Positions 8,648 through 14,265 of a DNA stretch of 20,622 nucleotides are shown one piece after another. The position numbers and the translations under genes are program-made. Numbering within the stretch: position 1 is the stretch's first letter; each line of letters opens with the position of its first letter. The notes under the pieces are model-generated. The model made no database searches, was not told the DNA's origin, and worked only from the letters and a program-made list of their open reading frames with translations. This DNA is from a virus (Duplodnaviria > Heunggongvirae > Uroviricota > Caudoviricetes), in IMG/VR virus record IMGVR_UViG_2778261225_000004, one strand, 5' to 3'.

Positions 8648-10399
8648 ATGATTCAGGACGCTTTTGTGCGCCAGCGTGCGCGGCAACTTTACTGGCAGGG
8701 TTATCCGCCCGCAGAAATATCACGTCTGATGGGAATAAACCCGAACACGATTTATGCGTGGAAAAAACGCGACCAGTGGGATGAAACGCCACCCGTGCAG
8801 CGTGTCACGCAGTCCATCGATGCGCGCCTCATCCAGCTCACTGAAAAACAGAATAAAACAGGTGGTGACTTCAAGGAAATAGACCTGCTGACCCGGCAGC
8901 TTAAAAAACTGCATGATGGCCAGCCGGATGCGACGGCCACAGGAAAGAAAGGCCGGGCGAAAAAACTCAAAAATCATTTCACGCCGGAACAGATTGCCGC
9001 ACTGCGGGAAAAAATCATCAGCAGGCTGGAGTGGCATCAGCGGGGCTGGTTTGACTCCCTGACCCTTTGCAGGGAAGCCGGGATACGTAACAGGATGATC
9101 CTGAAATCCCGACAGATTGGGGCGACCTGGTATTTTGCACAGGAAGCACTGCTGATGGCGCTGCGTGACGATGTGGCGCAACCTTACCAGCGTAACCAGA
9201 TTTTTTTGTCTGCGTCGCGTCGTCAGGCGTTCCAGTTTAAAAGCATTATTCAGAAGGCCGCGGCTGAAGTTGATGTGGAGCTGAAAGGGGGCGATAAAAT
9301 CATCCTCTCCAACGGCGCAGAGCTGCATTTTCTCGGCACTTCTGCTGCGTCGGCACAGTCCTATACGGGCAATTTTTATTTTGATGAATTTTTCTGGGTC
9401 AGTCGCTTTGCCGAACTGCGCAAGGTGGCTGGCGCTATGGCAACCCTCAGCGGACTGCGGCGCACCTACTTCTCCACGCCATCCACCGAAACGCACGAGG
9501 CATACGCCTACTGGAACGGCGACCGCTGGAACGAGAAAAAGGCCACGCATAAACGCCAGCGTTTTTCTGTGGACTGGAAAACGCTGCATAACGGGCTTAT
9601 CTGCCCTGACCGGACGTGGCGGCAAATTGTCACGCTGGAAGATGTGGTTAAACACGGCTGGAAACACACCGATATCGACGAAATTCGTGATGAAAACACC
9701 GAAGACGAGTTCCTCAATCTCTATATGTGTGAGTTTGTCCGCGAAGGGGAATCGGCATTTAACCTGAATATCCTGATTGGCTGCGGTGTTGACGGATACG
9801 ACGACTGGAAAGACTGGAAACCTTTTGCTCCCCGCCCGATGGGGAATCGTCCGGTATGGATTGGGTATGACGCAAACGGCAGCAGTGGCAACGGCGACAG
9901 CGGCGCTGTGTCCGTGGTGGTTCCTCCGGCTGTTCCTGGTGGCCGTTTTCGAACGGTGGAGACGCGACGCGTTCAGGGGCTGGAGTTTGAAGAACAGGCC
10001 AGAGTCATTGAAGAGTTCACGTGTCGCTACAACGTGGAACACATCGGCATTGATGTGACGGGCGGGAACGGGGAGGCTGTTTATCAGATAGTGAAGCGGT
10101 TTTTCCCTGCTGCTATTCCGTACACCTTCACGCTGTCATCCAAACGGTCGCTGGTACTGAAAATGCTGCAAATAATGCGTGCCGGACGGTGGGAATACGA
10201 TCGCGCCGAACGCGAGCTGGTCGCGGCCTTTAACGCCGTGCGTAAGGTGAAAACACCGGGCGGCTTTATCACTTACGAAACGGACCGCGCGAGGGGGATC
10301 AGCCACGGCGACCTTGCGTGGGCAACCATGCTTGCTGTCATTAACGAACCAATTGGCGGCGAAGGAGAAAACGAGCGTTTCACGGTTATGGAGTTCTGA
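8648..10399 (+). CDS. P: Terminase large (ATPase) subunit gpP
   Basis: 583-aa ORF with LYWQGY, KSRQIGATWYFAQEAL, NQIFLSAS, ELKGG, YFDEFFWV and GYDANG motifs collinear with remembered P2 gpP; GGGGGAG Shine-Dalgarno; stop overlaps the Q start (ATGA). Confidence 0.95.
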   Translation: MIQDAFVRQRARQLYWQGYPPAEISRLMGINPNTIYAWKKRDQWDETPPVQRVTQSIDARLIQLTEKQNKTGGDFKEIDLLTRQLKKLHDGQPDATATGKKGRAKKLKNHFTPEQIAALREKIISRLEWHQRGWFDSLTLCREAGIRNRMILKSRQIGATWYFAQEALLMALRDDVAQPYQRNQIFLSASRRQAFQFKSIIQKAAAEVDVELKGGDKIILSNGAELHFLGTSAASAQSYTGNFYFDEFFWVSRFAELRKVAGAMATLSGLRRTYFSTPSTETHEAYAYWNGDRWNEKKATHKRQRFSVDWKTLHNGLICPDRTWRQIVTLEDVVKHGWKHTDIDEIRDENTEDEFLNLYMCEFVREGESAFNLNILIGCGVDGYDDWKDWKPFAPRPMGNRPVWIGYDANGSSGNGDSGAVSVVVPPAVPGGRFRTVETRRVQGLEFEEQARVIEEFTCRYNVEHIGIDVTGGNGEAVYQIVKRFFPAAIPYTFTLSSKRSLVLKMLQIMRAGRWEYDRAERELVAAFNAVRKVKTPGGFITYETDRARGISHGDLAWATMLAVINEPIGGEGENERFTVMEF

Positions 10400-11445
10400 T
10401 GAGCAGAAAAAATAAAAAAGTGCGCATGAGTTCACGCATTGATCTCGCTGATGCGCTCAGGAAAGAATCATCGCTCAGTGCATTCACATTTGATGGTCCT
10501 TATCGCCTGACCGGGCATGACCTGCTGGACAATATGTACTGTGCTGATAACGGGCGATGGTATGAAACCCCGGTGGACTGGTACGGTCTGGCAAGAGCCG
10601 CCCGGCAAACGTCCTGGCATCAGTCTGCGCTTTACTTTAAGCGCAATGTATTGCTCGGTTGCTACATCCCGCACCCGCTGCTTTCCCGGCAGGATTTCTC
10701 GGCGCTGGCGCTGGACTGGTTTGTGTTCGGTAACGCATTCCTTGAGCTTCGGAGCAATATGCTCGGCGAACCACTTAAATTACGGCACGCACTGGCGAAA
10801 TACATGCGACGCGGAAGCGATCTTGAATCATGGTGGTATGTGCAGGATGGCAAGGACGCGTTTCAGTTTCGCCCTGGCAAAGTGTGCCACCTGATGAATC
10901 CGGACATTAACCAGGAAATTTACGGCATGCCGGAATATCTTGGCGCATTACTCTCGGCCAGCCTGTCTCATTCGGCGGACATGTTCAGAAAACTGTATTA
11001 CGACAATGGATCCCACGCCGGGTGCATCATCTACATCGGTGCAGCGCAGGTAAACCGCGAAAGCATGGACTCCCTGAAAGAAACGTTACAGGGTGCGCGT
11101 GGTGGTGGTGCGTTTAAAAACGTGCTCATCCATGCGCCCAACGGTGGCAAAGAGGGGGTGCAAATTTTGCCGTTCCAGCAGATCACCGCAAAGGATGAGT
11201 TCATGAATGTTAAGGCGGCATCCCGTGATGATGTGCTGGCTGCGCACCGCGTTCCGCCGCAACTGATGGGGGCGATGCCGGGCGAAAAAAGTGCGTTTGG
11301 TGATGTGGAGAAGGCCGCGCGGGTTTACGCAATTAACGAGCTGATGCCCGTCATGGAGGCCATGAAGCACATCAATGACTGGCTTGGCGAAGAGGTGATC
11401 CGCTTTAACCCTTACGCACTGTTAGACACCCAGCCCACATCCTGA
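10399..11445 (+). CDS. Q: Portal protein gpQ
   Basis: 348-aa ORF adjacent to P in the P2 arrangement, with a GGAG Shine-Dalgarno 5 nt before the ATG; size and position match P2 gpQ (344 aa). Confidence 0.93.
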   Translation: MSRKNKKVRMSSRIDLADALRKESSLSAFTFDGPYRLTGHDLLDNMYCADNGRWYETPVDWYGLARAARQTSWHQSALYFKRNVLLGCYIPHPLLSRQDFSALALDWFVFGNAFLELRSNMLGEPLKLRHALAKYMRRGSDLESWWYVQDGKDAFQFRPGKVCHLMNPDINQEIYGMPEYLGALLSASLSHSADMFRKLYYDNGSHAGCIIYIGAAQVNRESMDSLKETLQGARGGGAFKNVLIHAPNGGKEGVQILPFQQITAKDEFMNVKAASRDDVLAAHRVPPQLMGAMPGEKSAFGDVEKAARVYAINELMPVMEAMKHINDWLGEEVIRFNPYALLDTQPTS

Positions 11446-11471
11446 CGCGCTTCGCTTGTCTGCTGCTTCGC

Positions 11472-11496
11472 CGGGGCATAAAAAATTTATGCCCCG
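11472..11496. repeat. Perfect 11-bp inverted repeat (CGGGGCATAAA / TTTATGCCCCG, 3-nt spacer) just downstream of Q; candidate cos-associated or terminator hairpin
   Basis: Read directly from the sequence 27 nt after the Q stop. P2-like cos sites lie next to Q, but the remembered P2/186 19-nt cohesive-end sequence was not found verbatim. Confidence 0.4.
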
Positions 11497-11869
11497 ACTC
11501 TCCAGCTCCTGTATCAGTCAGATAATTTCACGACGCTTTCCTGCTTATTGCCATCATCGACAGTCAGACTCTTACGCAATCCCACCGCGTTGACTGCATG
11601 TTCTCGCCGTCTCAGTGCGATTTTGACGGCCTTACCTTTCACCCCATCAAATCAAAAGCCCTCACGTCTTTTTCACGCTCAGCGTGAGAAATACAGCCAT
11701 TCTGTTGTGTCGCTGCGACATCGTTCAGGGGATGCTATTTACCCCCTGAAACGCGGGCTGTTCCCCCGTCACCTGCGCGCAGAAAAAGCGCGTTTTTTTG
11801 TGCGCGCACGGATCCTTGACGGATCCAGCCGCCACGCGGGCCGGAAGGGTAAAAAGTTGTTCAAAAAAA

Positions 11870-11899
11870 TTGTGCAAATTTGTGCACTATTGTGCAGTA
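11870..11899. repeat. Three direct 10-bp iterons in helical phase (TTGTGCAAAT, TTGTGCACTA, TTGTGCAGTA)
   Basis: Exact 10-bp periodicity of TTGTGCA read from the sequence; preceded by palindromes CTGCGCGCAG and GTGCGCGCAC around 11773..11810 and a GGATCC-N5-GGATCC direct repeat at about 11811..11826. Confidence 0.4.
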
Positions 11900-12136
11900 T
11901 CATTACAGGATGTATATCGCTTCAAATGTGCTATATTTGGTCACATTAAGGCAGCGAAGAAGATGAACTTATCCTTATCGGTGTGACTACACGATATAGC
12001 CTCATCATTGTATGTGTATGGTAGGCGTGATAGCTTACCCCAACAGATTTGGGGGAGGTGGTTGACAACTGTAAAACCATCTCCATGTTAAAAGTAAATT
12101 AGTGATGTTTAAATGATTGAAAAAAGGAGACTAACT

Positions 12137-12181
12137 ATGACCGTACGCCGCACCTATAGCGAAGAAAACTGGGACGTTTAA
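12137..12181 (+). CDS. Leader micro-ORF (14 aa, MTVRRTYSEENWDV) with a strong Shine-Dalgarno
   Basis: AAAAAGGAG sits 8 nt before the ATG. The ORF is followed by CTCCTGTTTTTTT, which can pair with the Shine-Dalgarno region, then by a terminator hairpin. Not on the track because it is below the length cut-off. Confidence 0.25.
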   Translation: MTVRRTYSEENWDV

Positions 12182-12211
12182 CTCCTGTTTTTTTAGAGTA
12201 GTTTCAGTAGA

Positions 12212-12236
12212 ATGGGGGCTTTGGCTCCCATTTTTT
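12212..12236 (+). terminator. Intrinsic terminator-like hairpin (ATGGGGGC-TTTG-GCTCCCAT plus T5) 14 nt upstream of the 198-aa gene start
   Basis: 8-bp stem (one G-U pair), 4-nt loop and a T-run, read from the sequence; its position between a leader ORF and the downstream gene suggests an attenuator. Confidence 0.45.
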
Positions 12237-12249
12237 ATGGTTAAATACA

Positions 12250-12846
12250 ATGGATTTAGTTCTTTCTGCCCTTAGTTACATAGGGAAAATTTTTTCCAGT
12301 ATTTGGGAATCCAGCCCTACGTTTTATCCAGGTGCTGCGGGTGCGCTTATTGCAGTGATTAGCATACGAAATCAGAGAAAGACATCGCGCGAAAAAAACT
12401 CATTGGATTTTGAGGCTGCATATAAACGTAACAAGGACATAGTTGATGCGTGGTCAGAAGTGTTACGCATTCATAAGGATCGCCATAATTTTCCGATCGC
12501 TGATTGGGGAAAAGAAGAATATTCTCAAACAGATGGAGCAAAAGCATTAAAACTCATTTTTAATGAGTGGGAGCGTTGTGCTAATGCCGTGAATAACGGT
12601 TTGTATGATGAGCGGTATCTATATCGTGTTTATGGTTCTACCTTAATCTTTCTTGATGTCCATTTTGAACCTTATATGGAGGAGTGCCGCAAGCGTAATC
12701 CTAGGTTTTACCGTAACTTAAAATGTCTTGCTCTCCGATGGCGTGTTAGGCGAGCGTATGAAGATCAGGAAAACGATAGTAGGGAATACAAAAAACTGCT
12801 CAATGAGGCTAAGCGATTGGTAGACAAATTGCATACCAAATTCTGA
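12250..12846 (+). CDS. Hypothetical protein, 198 aa, single N-terminal transmembrane anchor plus a charged soluble domain; cargo gene at the P2 tin/old-equivalent position
   Basis: Clean ORF in an AT-rich island (visibly lower GC than the flanking phage genes). The N-terminus (FYPGAAGALIAVISI) is hydrophobic; the rest is Lys/Arg/Glu/Tyr-rich. It has its own terminator and is convergent to parR. No family was recognised from memory. Confidence 0.75.
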   Translation: MDLVLSALSYIGKIFSSIWESSPTFYPGAAGALIAVISIRNQRKTSREKNSLDFEAAYKRNKDIVDAWSEVLRIHKDRHNFPIADWGKEEYSQTDGAKALKLIFNEWERCANAVNNGLYDERYLYRVYGSTLIFLDVHFEPYMEECRKRNPRFYRNLKCLALRWRVRRAYEDQENDSREYKKLLNEAKRLVDKLHTKF

Positions 12847-12884
12847 TTTTGCATGCTTTGTGCTTCATGGCTTCTTGAATGGGA

Positions 12885-12918
12885 CATCAGGGCGAGTTCG
12901 CCCTGATGTTGTGTTATT
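12885..12918 (+). terminator. Intrinsic terminator (10-bp perfect stem CATCAGGGCG/CGCCCTGATG, loop AGTT, then TTGTGTTATT)
   Basis: Read from the sequence 39 nt after the stop of the 198-aa gene; the U-tract overlaps the stop of convergent parR. Confidence 0.6.
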
Positions 12919-13225
12919 CAGGAAATAACGCCCGGATATTTCCTGCCATCTGACTGGTTATCTGTGCGGTTGGTACTGGCTGTGACATGGGGCGTTCGGT
13001 CCTGGTTTGCGTCACTGATAACGCCTCATCGTCAGCCCATGCAGCCAGTCGGTAAGCCTCTGCCGGATTCATTTTCAGAAGTGCCAGCCCGGCCAGAAAA
13101 GCCACGCGTTGGCCGCTTTTGCGGGCTTCTGGTGTAAGGCTGTCCAGCCAGGCGCATGCATCGCCTTCGTTCTTGACGGCGGCGGGCTTCAGATAGAAAC
13201 TTATCCGTCTGGTTGGTGTCGTCAT
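12914..13225 (-). CDS. parR: ParR-like centromere-binding protein (type II partition adaptor)
   Basis: Internal ATG of track ORF 12914..13360, 5 nt downstream of the parM stop. The N-terminus RRISFYLKP..AWLDSLTPEARKSGQRVAFLAGLALL and the C-terminal IRALFPE resemble remembered plasmid R1 ParR (RTIAFKLNP..LTAGLALY..LRSLFPKE). Confidence 0.7.
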   Translation of the reverse strand: MTTPTRRISFYLKPAAVKNEGDACAWLDSLTPEARKSGQRVAFLAGLALLKMNPAEAYRLAAWADDEALSVTQTRTERPMSQPVPTAQITSQMAGNIRALFPE

Positions 13226-13229
13226 TGGT

Positions 13230-14189
13230 TTACTCCTTGTCCATTGCGTACAGCCCATTAACCAGAGCAAACTGTGGCACCCCGTCCGTGATGAAAGTCG
13301 CATTAACTCCGCAGGCTTCGCGGATAGCGGGTGCCACAATCTCCGCCCCGCCACCGACAACCATCACCCGCCCGTAACCCGAAAAAACCGCCAGCGCGCG
13401 GATCACGCGTTGTTTCAGTGTTTCTTCCTTTTCACGAATAACCGCCATCAGGCTGGCGTAATGCGCGTCATTGTGGATGTGCTGGCGCAGCCAGGCTTCA
13501 TCATGGCGATGTTCGATAATGGTATTGGCGATGTGGTGACTGGTACGCATACCGTTAGTGGCCATCACCGACAGTACGGCATCGGCCATCAGGGAAACGC
13601 CTACGTGTGGATCGCAAAACATCTGGCTGATACCTGCCAGTTGCCCCTGAACCTTTGCCACATCCAGCGTGGTTCCGCCCAAATCCACAATCAGCAGGGA
13701 TTCAAACGGACTCATGTCAGCCAGTGCCTTAAAGCCAGCCGGAATGGATTCAGGCATAACCCGTACGTTACGGATAGTGAATGCTTCGCCGTTCTGGTAC
13801 TCCACCGGGCGCATGACGTTCGCTTTTTTGCGGTTGATGTTGGCCATGTCCGGCTGTGCGTTTGTGTCGAAATATTCGCTCAGTGGCAGGGTGACAACCA
13901 CATCCACTTCCTGTGGTGTGATGCCTGATTTGACCAGCGCGTGGTGAATGGCGATTACATTCACATCGCTGTACTGGTATTGCGTGTCGGTCGTCTGGAC
14001 AAAGCGATCGCTGACCGGATCAAAACCATAGCGCACGCCATCAAGCATGTAGTTCGCGGGCTGCGTGCCACCGAACGGCGCAGACCATTCCGACTTGAAG
14101 CTGTTCGGGCTGATGGCGTTGCGGCGTTCGCCGTTCTCAGTCCATGCCAGCTTGATGTTGGTGGAGCCGTCGTCGATACAAATTTTCAT
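13230..14189 (-). CDS. parM: ParM/StbA-like actin-like segregation ATPase
   Basis: 319-aa ORF with actin-fold motifs collinear with remembered R1 ParM: CIDDGSTNIKLAW, YSDVNVIAIHHAL, VMPESIPAG, LLIVDLGGTTLDV, GVSL, VMVVGGGAE and a C-terminal LVNGLY. Confidence 0.85.
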   Translation of the reverse strand: MKICIDDGSTNIKLAWTENGERRNAISPNSFKSEWSAPFGGTQPANYMLDGVRYGFDPVSDRFVQTTDTQYQYSDVNVIAIHHALVKSGITPQEVDVVVTLPLSEYFDTNAQPDMANINRKKANVMRPVEYQNGEAFTIRNVRVMPESIPAGFKALADMSPFESLLIVDLGGTTLDVAKVQGQLAGISQMFCDPHVGVSLMADAVLSVMATNGMRTSHHIANTIIEHRHDEAWLRQHIHNDAHYASLMAVIREKEETLKQRVIRALAVFSGYGRVMVVGGGAEIVAPAIREACGVNATFITDGVPQFALVNGLYAMDKE

Positions 14190-14225
14190 GTAGCTTTTCC
14201 TTATGTTGATTAATTAATCGGTTAC

Positions 14226-14260
14226 AGGATTTTTAAATCCCGCTTTTGCCTGTTTTGTGC
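14226..14260. repeat. Repeat module A (hairpin GGATTT..AAATCC followed by CGCTTTTGCCTGTTTTGTG) in the parM upstream region
   Basis: Read from the sequence; similar in composition to module B 74 bp away; lies in the 76-bp gap between the A stop and the parM start. Confidence 0.3.
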
Positions 14261-14265
14261 GCGCT

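Noticed and set aside
8720-10042. 440-aa minus-strand ORF inside the terminase P gene
   Set aside because: It is antisense to a gene with strong motif-level homology to gpP; the translation is Arg/Pro-rich and low-complexity. Long antisense ORFs are expected in GC-rich DNA.
11548-11949. 133-aa plus-strand ORF in the cos-proximal region
   Set aside because: Arg/Ser/Leu-rich translation spanning palindromes and iterons with no ribosome-binding site; likely non-coding regulatory DNA.
12914-13360. Full-length 148-aa track ORF extending parR 130 nt into parM
   Set aside because: The N-terminal extension overlaps the parM coding sequence and lacks ParR similarity. The internal ATG at 13225, 5 nt after the parM stop, gives a ParR-sized product.
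13410-14213. Plus-strand ORFs (13410..13928, 13669..13947, 13941..14213) opposite parM
   Set aside because: They are antisense to a gene with strong ParM motif conservation, with His/Cys/Arg-rich compositions typical of shadow ORFs.
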